Positions 17,924 through 29,200 of a stretch of 64,000 nucleotides of DNA are shown piece after piece; position 1 is the first letter of the stretch; every line of letters begins with the position of its first letter. The position numbers and the translations under genes were made by a program. This DNA comes from Candidatus Spongiisociaceae bacterium (GTDB taxonomy: Bacteria; Actinomycetota; Acidimicrobiia; Spongiisociales; Spongiisociaceae). Where the stretch lies: contig OZ241841.1 of assembly GCA_965202665.1 (NCBI GenBank), positions 1,632,001 to 1,696,000 on the forward strand, in the 5' to 3' direction. The notes beneath the pieces were generated by a model that was not told the DNA's origin, made no database searches, and was given only the letters and a program-made list of their open reading frames with translations.

Positions 17924-19423
17924 TTGCTTAATCTGGTTTCCCGACCTGAAGAAATGGGACAGGTGTTCGAGGGACAGAACCCCTGGCATCGCACCTCGTC
18001 GGTTCCGGTTCTGTTCGCTCCGCCCCGGGAGCGCCCTTTGGCCCAGATTCTGTGGCAACGATTGCTACGCGACCAGCCCCGATGCTATCAGTTGATTATC
18101 GGTCCGCGCCAAGTCGGCAAGACCACCGTGCTTTACCAGACGGTGCGGCGATTGCTCGACAACGGGGTGGAGCCGGGCCGGGTGTGGTGGTTGCGCATGG
18201 ACCATCCTTTGCTGATGCGGGAAAGCCCGGGGGCCCTGGTGCGCGAGACGTTGCGCGTTTCCCCCGCCTCCGGCGACCGCCCGCTCTATCTGATGTTGGA
18301 TGAACTGGCGTACGCCAAAGACTGGGACAAGTGGCTCAAGACCTTCCACGATGAGCGGTGGCCGGTGCGGGTGGCAGCCAATTCCAGCGCCGCCTCCTCT
18401 CTGCAGGATCGCCGACATGAGAGCGGCGCCGGTCGTTGGGAGGTGCAATACCTCCTACCCTATCTGCTGACCGAATACCTGGATTTGATGGAAAAACCCC
18501 GTTCGGTGGAGGCGGGGGACGATCTCGCCGCCACATTGCGCTTCTGGCCAACGGGCGGGCGGGCGGATGAAGATTTGATCGCCGGACGTTTGGATTTAAT
18601 GTGGACCGGCGGGTTCCCGGAGTTGCTTTTGTCGCGGCCCCGGCTGATGGACGATGACAAGCATTGGTTGTTGCAGTCGCAACGGGTGTTGCGAAGCGAC
18701 GCCGTGGAACGCGCCGTTTATAAAGACATCCCCCAATCTTTCGGGGTGGGCAATCCGGTGTTGTTGGAACGTTTGTTGTATATGCTGGCTGGTCAAATAA
18801 CCGGTCTGCTATCGCCCAAAAACATTGGCCAACATCTGGACGGTCTGTCCGGGCCCACCTTGGACAAATACCTGTCCTATTTGGAAAGGGCCTTTTTGGT
18901 ATTCGCGTTGCCGAATTTTTCCGGGTGGGAGGAGACCATCCAAAAGCGGGGCCGCAAGATCTTTTTTGTGGACGGAGCGGTGCGCAACGCGGCCCTGTTA
19001 CGCGGCTTGGCCCCTTTGGACAACCCCGTCGAGAAAGGGCATCTCCTGGAAAACCTGGTGGCTTCTTCCCTGAATACCCTGGCTGTTCAGTCGGGAGTGG
19101 GGTTGCATCACTGGCGCGATGGCAAGGACGAGGTGGATTTCATCTTCAACCACCCCCAACGCCCGTTGGCTTTTGAGGTGTCGTCTTCCTCCGACCACAG
19201 CCGCGACGGCCTGCGCGCCCTGATGGAGCGTCACCCGCAGTTCCGCGGCGCCTGTTACCTTGTCGCCCCCCGGGTTTCCACCATCCACCCGGAGGGGGAC
19301 GAGGTGGGAACCCTCCCCTTGGATTTGCTCCTGCTGGCCATAGGCGCCCAAGCCCGCCGCGCTCTCCAACAAACCGGCTCTCGCCGGGTTGGGGACCGAA
19401 AGGGCGCAACGGGACGAGCCTGA
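17924..19423 (+). CDS. ATP-binding protein, AAA_14 plus DUF4143-type (ATPase, HTH, PD-(D/E)xK-like C-terminus)
   Basis: QNPW N-terminus, IIGPRQVGKTT, LMLDE, GGFPE, TLDKYLSYLERAFL, KIFFVDGAVRN, LLENLV, WRDGKDEVDFI...AFEV. Confidence 0.85.
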   Translation: MLNLVSRPEEMGQVFEGQNPWHRTSSVPVLFAPPRERPLAQILWQRLLRDQPRCYQLIIGPRQVGKTTVLYQTVRRLLDNGVEPGRVWWLRMDHPLLMRESPGALVRETLRVSPASGDRPLYLMLDELAYAKDWDKWLKTFHDERWPVRVAANSSAASSLQDRRHESGAGRWEVQYLLPYLLTEYLDLMEKPRSVEAGDDLAATLRFWPTGGRADEDLIAGRLDLMWTGGFPELLLSRPRLMDDDKHWLLQSQRVLRSDAVERAVYKDIPQSFGVGNPVLLERLLYMLAGQITGLLSPKNIGQHLDGLSGPTLDKYLSYLERAFLVFALPNFSGWEETIQKRGRKIFFVDGAVRNAALLRGLAPLDNPVEKGHLLENLVASSLNTLAVQSGVGLHHWRDGKDEVDFIFNHPQRPLAFEVSSSSDHSRDGLRALMERHPQFRGACYLVAPRVSTIHPEGDEVGTLPLDLLLLAIGAQARRALQQTGSRRVGDRKGATGRA

Positions 19424-19500
19424 CGGCTTTCCGGTAAGCAACCCAGCGGCTCCGTTTTAGGTAAAGTTGCCGCAGGCGTCCTCTGCGAAAGGCGGCGAAT

Positions 19501-19969
19501 TTGGCCAAATACGGTATCGGCTGGTTGGTGGCTGGCGACTGCTCCAACCTGACCCCCGACCATCCCCCGCCCCCCCCCCCCCGGTTCAGGGGAGGAAGCC
19601 TGCCCGGAGTGCCCCGACTACGCCGAGGCCCCATACACCTACGGGCTGGTAGCAGTGGAAGCCGACCACATTTTGGAAGCCTTCCGGAAGGGGCTGCTGA
19701 CCGACGACGACGGCTACGCCCTCAACGAAGACGAGGATCCCAAATCTACTGAACGCCTGCCGGGGAGGGGGGTTCTGTATTTGCCGGACGAGCAGGGGCA
19801 GTGCGTCTACGAGGGACCCTTTTTCGGCTCCGACGAAGAACCCATCATTGTGGGCGTGGTCTGCGAGGAAGTGGGAAGCGGGCAGGTGTACGTGGGCGAC
19901 TACGGCGACGCCCGGCAGTGGGTTCTCCGGGACGCGGCCGGGACGGGCATACGGCAAATCACCCTGTAA
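19501..19969 (+). pseudogene. Small hypothetical gene interrupted by a frameshift in a C13 tract (phase-variable or assembly error)
   Basis: ORF from TTG 19501 (MAKYGIGWLVAGDC...) joins the frame of ORF 19655-19969 if one C is removed from 19570-19582, giving a 155-aa protein. Confidence 0.55.
19570..19582 (+). repeat. Homopolymer C13
   Basis: Counted directly: ccg-CCCCCCCCCCCCC-ggt. Confidence 0.9.
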
Positions 19970-20021
19970 CTCCGGTTGGGGGCGGTCAGTTTTTTGGGAG
20001 AGAAAAAAGGCGGGGAATAAC

Positions 20022-20052
20022 TTGCGCGGCCGGGGGGTTTATGGTGTATAAT
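20022..20052 (+). promoter_or_regulatory. Probable promoter of the giant surface-protein gene
   Basis: Perfect TATAAT at 20047-20052; TTGCGC at 20022-20027 (19-nt spacer, so the -35 is uncertain); about 190 nt upstream of ATG 20242. Confidence 0.5.
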
Positions 20053-20179
20053 GCCGTGTTCCGCCAAACCGGCTCCTGGGCCGGTCGGCTGGTGGGAAAG
20101 GAGCAAAACCCTTCAAATGAAATCCTCCGCGATGCCTGGGTCACGGAACGAGTGTGAAAAGCCAAAAGCGCTTTTTCCA

Positions 20180-20191
20180 CCCCCCCCCCCC
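20180..20191 (+). repeat. Homopolymer C12 in the leader of the giant gene
   Basis: Counted directly: ttcca-CCCCCCCCCCCC-atcc, 50 nt before ATG 20242. Confidence 0.9.
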
Positions 20192-20241
20192 ATCCAGTTC
20201 GTAACCTGCGCGTTTAGGGCACAGGTAGATAAACGAGCCAG

Positions 20242-23200
20242 ATGATCCGATCTTCTTATTCAATTCGGCGGCGGTTGGCCGCGTGCGGTCTTGCCGTCTT
20301 GATGGGGTTTTCCACCGCGATCGGGCCGGCACAGTCCCCGGTTGCGGCCTCCGGCGTCCCCGGTGCGGAATCGGCGGCGGACTCCGAATCCCCTCTGCCC
20401 CCCGACCCCGCCCCGCAACCGCCCGCGCCCGGAGAGAGCGAGCCGGGGGACGGCGGTGATGAGGGGGGCGCCGGTGACCCGGGCGGCGATCCTCAACCCG
20501 AAGAAGGGGTCGGCGGGCAACCGGGGGATGACGGACAACCGGGCGACGGGAATGAAGAACCAACAGGGGAGGAGCAGCAAAGCGCTCCCGCCCTCGTTTT
20601 GAGCGTGGACTCGGACCCGGAAGCGGAGGGGGACCAGACCCGCGTGGAAGAAGGCCGGGCGGCCCTTTTTATCGTAAGCGCCGCCTTCGCGGAGAACCGG
20701 CCCGGGTTGGAGGAGGACGTCGTGGTGACCGTTTCCGTGGGCGGCCAAGGCGGGGTAGGGCAAGCGGAGGTGGAGGACTTTAACGCCGTGGAGGACTTCA
20801 CGGTAACCATCCCCGCAGGGCAAACCGTCGGCTGGGCCGAGTTCACCTTGGAGGCGATCGACGACCTGGTGGTGGAAGGGGAGGAGACGGTGGACGTAAC
20901 CGGAACCGCCGAATCGTACGGGATCACCGACGTCACCGGCGCGTTGGTGACCATCGTTGACAACGACTCCGACCAGCCGCCAACGCCGCCGCCCGCCCCG
21001 CCCGCCGACCTGATCGTCTCCGGCCAAGCCGACCCCGCCGTCGCCGTCAGTCTGAGCGTGGACGCCCAAGCCGCCTCCGGGGAGCAGGCCTACGTTGAGG
21101 AAGGGGAGCAACGTACGGTGACGGTGAAAGCCGTCTTGCCGGATGGGGAAAGCGGCTTAGCGGAGGCGGCCACTTTCACGGTGGCCATCGCGGCCGACAC
21201 GGCGGAAAACTCCGATTTCACGGCCCCGGCTTCGGCGTCGGTTACCATCGCCGCCGGACAGACCAGCGGTACCGCTACCTTCACTTTCCAGGCCGCCGCC
21301 GACACCGTTCTGGAAGGCCCGGAAACGGTTTCCCTCACTTCCACCCTGGCCGGCTACTCGGTCAGCCCGGCCAGTCTCACCATCAAAGACGAGGACGCCG
21401 CGTTCACGGTGACCGCCAACCCGACCGCGGTGGGCGAAAGCGCCGGGGCGACTTCCATCGGGCTGACGGTGTCCTTCCCCAACGCGGTCACCTCCGAGTT
21501 GGCCGAACAGACGCAGATTTCTTTCAGCGCGGCCGGAGACGGGGCCGCGGCCGGAACCGACTTCGCCGCCATTTCCGATTTCACGGCCGCCTTGGCGGCC
21601 TCCGCCGTTACCGCTTCCGCGACGGCGACCATCACCCCGGTCGACGATGTCATCGATGAAACCTCCCCCGAGCGGGTCAACTTCACCGGTTCGCTGTTCG
21701 GACGCACCGCCTCCGCCGCGGTGGCCATCACCGACGACGACGACACTCCCGCGGTCATCAACCTGGCAACGGATGTCAGCTCCGCCTCCGGGGAGCAGAC
21801 CGTTCTGGCCGAAAACGCCGGGGCCACCTCCGTCACCGTCTCCGCCGAGTTCGCCTCCGGGACGGCGGTGGAAACCGACACCGTCCTCAGCCTGCGGATG
21901 TCGCAACCGGTCTCCACCGACTTTTCGCTGACCATCCCCAAAAACCAGGTGCGGGGAACCGCCTCCGTCTCCGTCACTCCCGCCGACAACAACCGGGCGG
22001 GGGACGCCCCGCAGACGGTGACCGTTTCCCTGCGGGGAACCTCTTCCTACACGGTCAACCAGGCGGAGTTCACTATCGAAGACGACGAGGAGGCGGTGGT
22101 CAACCTGCAGGCCCTCCCGTGCAATCCTGAGTCCGCCATCGTCTCGGAAGGCGGCAGTCAGAATGCCTGCTGGCTGTTGAGCGCCCGCCTGCCCACCGGT
22201 ACCGTCGCCGCCAACACGGTGACGGTGCGGGAACTGAATTTCACCGCCGGCACCGCCACGTACGGCAGCGACGCTGACTTTAACGTTATTTACCCTGGTT
22301 CTCCGCAAGGTACCCAGGATTATGTAAGGATCCCCGCCAACTCCAACGGCTCCAACCGGAACGCCCTTTTCAACATAGCAGTAGTGGATGACAGCGTGCG
22401 GGACGAGGGGGCGGAGACCATTGTCATCGGAGGCAAAGCGGACCAGGGTTTTACGGTGCGCACCGCTTCCATCAACATCTACGACAACGACAATTCGCCC
22501 AACCGCATCAATCTGGTCGTCGACGGTTCTGACACTTTCCACGGTTCCCAGCCCAGCGTGCCGGAAGGGAGCGCCAATCAAAGGGTGAAAGTCACCGCCG
22601 TTTATGCGGACCGCACCGCCCGCTCTTCGGCTACCGCAGTCACGGTGTCAGTGGCGGGGGCCGGGGGGGCCTACGGAGCGGAAGCGGCCGATTTCACGGC
22701 GGTGAATGATTTCACCGTAACCATCCCCGCCAACCAAATCAGCGGCGACGCCACCTTCGATTTGACCACCGTCGACGATGATTTGTTGGAAGGCCCCGAA
22801 GATATGTCCCTGTCCGGCTCCGCTACCGGGTTCACCGTCAACGGGACGAAGTTGATCATCGACGACAACGAAACGACACCCACCGTCGATTTGAGCGTGG
22901 ACGCCCAACCCGCCGTCGGGGCGCAGAGCTATGTGGATGAGGGGAGTACCCGCACGGTGACGGTCACCGCCGCCGTACCCGTCGGGGCGGCCGCCCTCAC
23001 CTCCGCCGCCACTTTCACGGTCGCCATAGCGGCCGACACGGCCGAAGCCGGCGATTTCACCGTTCCGGCAACGGTGGACGTGACCATCGCCGCCAACGCC
23101 AGAAGCGGCACGGCGGTCGTCAGTTTCCAAGCCGCCGCCGACACGGTTTTAGAAGGGCCGGAAACGGTTTCTTTCACTTCTTCTTTGGCCGGTTACGCGG

Positions 23201-26200
23201 TCAATCCGGCGAGCCTGACCATCCGCGACCAGAATTCCCGGTTCCGACTGGGGATCAGTTCCACCGCGGTGGCGGAGAACGCCGCTCCCGTTTCCCTCAC
23301 CCTCTCCGTTGAGTTTCCCAACGCCCAAAGCTCCGAGTTGACCGAGGAGACGCAGTTTGCGGTCACCGTAACCGGGGACGGGGCGGTGGCGGGAACCGAC
23401 TTCGCCAACATCCCCAACTTCACCATACCGGTGGCGCCCGGGTCCCTGCGGGGGAGCAAGGCGGTGACTTTCACCCCAACCGACGACGCCATTCGCGAAA
23501 CCGCCGCGGAACGGGCCAAGTTCACCGTCTCATGGTTCGGACAGGCGGCCAGCGTCTATGTGGCCATCACCGACAACGACCCCGCCCCGACCGCGATAAA
23601 CATCTACGTGGACACCAGCTCCGACTCCGGATTGCAGACTTCGCTGGCTGAAGACGGGGGCGTGCAGACGGTTACCGTAATCGCCGAATTCGCTTCGGGG
23701 GCGTTGGATTCCGACACCGTCCTGAGGATGGATATTTCAGGCGGTACCGCCCAGCCCACCGCCAACGGCCCTCCGAGAGACTTCTTTTTTAGGGGAGGGA
23801 TTGACAACGACTTAATCATTCCCAAAAACCAGACGCGGGGGACCACTACCTTCCGCATCGAGCCCGTCAATAACGATTGGACTGATCTGTCGGAAAGGAC
23901 GTTGCATGTGGGCCTGCGGGGAACTTCCTATAGGGTCAAACATGCCGTTCTAACTATCCAAGACGATGAGCCGGCCGTTATCAACTTGTCGGTCCGGGCC
24001 GTAAAATGCCAGCCTTCCGACTCCGCGCCGAACTCCCCGGATCGTATGGGGGAAGGGGATGGAACGGTTTGTTTCGAAGTGAGCGGCGCTCTGCCCTCCG
24101 GCGTTGTTGCGGGAGCGGACGTGACGGTGAGCGATCTGACTTTCACCGGCGGCACCGCCGTCGCCGGAACCGATTTCACCGCCGCCTTCCCCGACGCCGG
24201 CCGGAAAAACATAAGCATTGGCCGCGGACATGGAGGCCGGGTCACCCCGGCCCGGGTCAACATCACGGCGCTGGACGACTCGGTGAGGGACGAAGGGTTT
24301 GAGACCATCGTCATCCACGGGCGGGCGGCGGGTTACGCCGTGCGTTCCATCGCCGTCAACCTGGGCGACAACGACACCTCCTACAACCTCATCATCCTGA
24401 AAGTGGACGCCGATGCGGCGATAAACGGTTGCCAACCCAGCCTGGGGGAAGGAGTCTCCGGCCAGTCGGTTACCGTCTTCGCCTCCTATGCGAACCCCAA
24501 TTTACGCTTATTCGGCCCGGCCACAATCACCATGTCGGTGGCGGCGGCCGGGGGCGCCCGCCGAGCCGAAGCCAACGACTTCACCGCCGTTCCCAACTTC
24601 ACCATCACCATCCCCAGGGGTCAGGCATCTGCTTCCGGAACTTTCACTTTGACTACCGCCGACGACCAGCGGGTGGAGGGGGCGGAAGATCTGGCCATAA
24701 CCGGAACCGCCTCCAGGTTTATCGTAGCCGGATCGGTGGTGACCATCGACGATGACGACGCCCCGCCCGCCATCGCCCTGCGGGTGGACGCCGACCGGGC
24801 CGTCGACGGAACGCAAACCAGCATCGGGGAGGCCTCCGCCGCGGTAACGGCGCAAGTGACGGCGGAGGTTCCGGGCGGGAAGACCTTCGAGTCGGATGTG
24901 GCCATCACGGTGTCGGTGGACGGCAACGGGGGAACCGGGGAGGCGGAGGCGGCCGACTTTGCGGCGGTGAACGATTTCACGGTTACTATCCCCGCCGGCC
25001 AAAGCAGCGGTTCGGCCACTTTCACTTTGGATCCGGTGGAAGACGACTACGCGGAAGGGGCGGAAACCATCGCCGTTTCCGGAGTGGCCACCACGGCCGG
25101 GGTGAGGATAACCGGCGCCTCCTTGCAGATTGACGACAACGACGCCGCCCCGACGGGGGCCAGCCTGACCGTGGATTTGGACGGCGGGACCCCCGGGTTG
25201 CAGACCGCCATCGGGGAGGGGGACGCGGCGGCCACCGCTACCGTCGCCGTCCGACTGCCGGACGGGTCCAAAACCTTCGAGTCGGACACGGTGGTTACGG
25301 TGACCATCGCCGGGGAGGCAACCGCCGGCAAAGCCGAAGCAGCCGATTTCACCACCGGCCTGTCCAATAACCGGTTGCCGTTGACCATTCCGGCCGGCGG
25401 GCGGGAGGCGTCGGGGACGTTCACGTTGACCATCGTCGACGACCAAGTGGTGGATGTCACCCCGGAAACCATAACCCTGTCCGGTTCCGCCGACCGTTCT
25501 GGTTTGGCGATTACCGGGACCGCCGTCACCATCGACTCCGACAACGATTCCCGGCCCGCCGCCCTTTCCCTGGCCGTTGATACGGATACTTCCACCCCGG
25601 CTGTGCAAACCAGCGTGGCCGAAGGGGCCTCCCGCACCGTGCAAGTGACGGCTTCTTTGCCGTCCGGTTCGGCGACGTTGGAAACCGATACGGAGGTGAC
25701 GGTGACCGTTTCCACCGACGGCGCGGCCACCGCCGAGGCGAACGACTTTTCCACCACCGGTTTGACCAACGGAAATTTGACGGTGACCATTCCCGGAGGT
25801 TCCCGCTCCGCCTCCGCCACTTTCACTTTGGCCGCCGCCGATGACAATGTGGGGGGCGAAGGCGCGGAGACGGTTTTCTTGTCCGGTTCCGCCGCCGGGT
25901 TCACCTCCGCCTCCGCCTCTTTCACTATCACCGACGGCGATCGGATAAGCGTGGCGGTGGAAGGGAATTTGATTTCCTCCACCCAACGCCGGGTTTTGAC
26001 CGCCGCCGAAGGGAGCGGTCCCTATACGGGGGCGCATGTAGGGGTGCGGGTGATGCCGCCCGCTGAGTCGACGAGCCCGCAACTGACGTTCGAGGAGGAC
26101 GCCGTCTTCACGGTGCGCATAACCGCCGACGGGGCGGCCACCGCCGAGGCGGACGATTTTTCCACCGACCAGCCCGGAGATTCCCTGCAGATCACCATTC

Positions 26201-29200
26201 TGGCGGGCCAGGTTGAAGGCAGCGGGACTTTTACGTTGACGGTAACCGACGACGACTGGTACGATGGGGAGGAGACAATCGCCTTGGTCGGTTCCACCGC
26301 CCTGCCGGGGGTGGGGATGGCGCACGGAATGTCCGCATTCTTCACCATAACCGACAACGAAACCGCTCCCGTAATCACTTTGGCCGTGGACACCGACTTG
26401 GTCGTTTTAGGGGAACAGGACTACATCCCGGAGGCGGCGTCAAACCGCAAAGTGAAAGTTACCGCCTCCGTTCCGTCCGGTTCCGCGGATCGGGAGTCGG
26501 ACACGGTGATAAACGTGTCTTCTGCTCCGACCGGGGCCCGCCCCGCCGTGAGCCCGAGCGAATATTCCTTCTCGGCGTGGGGAGACGACGGGTCTATGCA
26601 ATTGACGCTCCCCCGGGGGTCGAACCAGGTTACGGGCTACTTTTCACTTTCTACGTATGGCGATTCAGACACGGAGGGAAGTGAAACTTTTAGCATCACC
26701 GGACAGGCCGCCGGTTTCACTACCAACTCGGCCGTTGTCACCATCGACGACAGCAACAACCCGTCCGTAATCTATCTGCGGGTGGATTTGGATTCCGATG
26801 AGGCTGGGGCGCAGAAGACCGCCGCCGAAGGAACCACGGTTACCGCCAACGTCGCCGTTTCCTTCCCCGTCGGGGCGAGTGCTCTCTCTACGGCCCGGCC
26901 GGTCAGGGTTTCCCTGGTTGGGGCGGGGGGGACGGCCTGGGCGGAAACGACCGACTTTGCGGCCGTCGCCCCGTTTGATGTGACCATTTCTTCGGGCGAC
27001 ACCATCGGGAGGGGGAGTTTCCAACTGCAACTGTTGGACGACGCGGTGGCGGACGTCCTGCCGGAGTTGATAGAGGTGTCCGGCTCCTCCTCGGGATGGA
27101 CGGTGCGCAACGACTTCATCGGCATCGACCAAGACAACGATTCTTTCCCAGAAGTGGACCTCAGCGTGAATCCGCTGTCCTCGGCTGAAGGCGCGGACCC
27201 CGAAGTGACGGTTTCCGCCTCTTTGACCGGTTCGGCGACTTTGGAGGAGGATATTCCGGTGACGGTGTCGGTGGACGGCTCGGCGGGAAGGGGGATGGCC
27301 TCATCGGACGACTTTGACGCGGTAACCGATTTCACGCTGGCCGTCGGCCAAACCAGCCGCACCGGGTCCGCTTCTTTCAATTTGACCGGAACCGATGACA
27401 ACGTGGCCGGGGAAGGTGCGGAGAAGCTGTTGATTAGCGGCTCCGTCCCCTACACGGGCGTGACCGTGACCGTGAACGGGGTGGAAATGACCATCACCGA
27501 CGGCGACTCTTCCCCCACCGTCATCAACCTGAGCGTGGACGCCGATGATGAGACGACCGGCGTGCAATCCTCGGTGACGGAAGGGGCGGCGGCCGCCACC
27601 GTTCGAGTTACGGCTTCTTTCCCGGAAGGGTCGGCGGTTTTGGCCTCTAAAACCACGGTGCGGGTGTCGGTGTCAGGCGGCGGGGGGACCGGACAGGGGG
27701 AGGCGGCCGATTTCACGGCCGTGACCGCCTTCGACCTGGAGATTCCGGCCGGGGCCGACCGCGGATCGGCCACTTTTGCTTTGTCCACCGTCCAAGACGA
27801 CTATGCGGAGGGGGCGGAGACGCTCACCGTGTCGGGAACCGCCTCCGGTTTCACGGTCAACAACGGGTCGGTGACCATCGACGACGACGACGCTCTCGCC
27901 TCTTTCACTCTAAGCGTCGACGCCGACACCGGCGTAAACGGGACGCAGACCGGCCTGGGGGAGGGGTCGGCGGCGAAGACCGCGCAGGTGACCGCCTCCT
28001 TGCCGAATGGTTCTAAAACTTTTGAGTCGGATACGGTGATTACGGTGTCGGTGGACGGCAACGGCGGGGCCGGGGAGGCGGAGGCGGCTGACTTTGCGCC
28101 GGTGACCGATTTTTCGTTGACCGTGGCGGCCGGGGCGACCAGCGGGACGGCCACTTTCACCTTCGATCCGACTGAGGATGATTATGCGGAGGGGACGGAG
28201 AAAATCACCGTGTCGGGAACCACCGCCCGGGCTGGGGTGGGCGTTACCAGCGCCGAGTTGGAAATATCCGACAACGACGCCGCCCCCGCCGCGGCCGTTT
28301 TAACCGTGGATTTGGATGCGGACAACAGCGGGGATCAGGACACGATCGGGGAGGGCGACGCGGCCGTTACCGCGACGGTCAAAGCCGCCCTGCCATCCGG
28401 GTCCAAAACTTTCGAATCGGACACCGCCATCACTGTGACGGTGACCGGGGAGGGAACGAACGGCAAGGCGGAGTCATCGGATTTCAGCACCGACCAGGCC
28501 AACGACTCTTTCAAGGTAACCATCTCCGCCGGCCAAACCAGCGGGTCGGGGACTTTCACTTTGACTATCGCCGATGACAATGTGGCGGATGTCGTTTCGG
28601 AAACCATCACCGTGTCCGGATCCGCCGACCGCGCCGGCCTGTCGGTAACCGGCGACGCCATCACCATCGACTCCGACAACGATACCGGCCCCGCCGCCAT
28701 CAGTTTGGGGGTGGACGCCTCCTCCGATACGGGCGTGCAAACCGCAGTCGCCGAGCAGTCGGCCGCCCATCCCCTTACCGTCTCGGCCTCCTTCCCGAAC
28801 GGGTCCAACGTGTACGAGACCGACACCGTCATCACCCTGTCGGCTACCGGAGTAACCGCCGTAGCCGCCGATTTCAGCCTGGCCTCCACCAGTTCCGGCG
28901 TCACGGTTCTGAAGTTGGCCATCCCCGCCGGTCAGACCACCGTCTCCGACTCCTCCAGTTTCCAGCTGACCGCCGTCGACGACAACATTGCGGAGCAGGC
29001 GGAAACCCTCACTATCGGCGGTTCCGCAACCGGGTTCACCGTCAGCGGCGTTACGATGACCATCAACGACGACGACTCCGCTCCCACCGCCATCAACCTG
29101 AGCCTGGATGTCGATTCGGAAACCGTCGGGGAGCAGACCGAGGTGACCGAAGGGGATGCGGCCACCGCGGTGACGGTGAAAGCCTCCTTGGCCGGTTCGG

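Noticed and set aside
20053-20175. Riboswitch (c-di-GMP or c-di-AMP type) in the giant gene leader
   Set aside because: Some pairing potential exists, but I could not match the conserved cores of either class by eye; an Rfam/Infernal scan would settle it.
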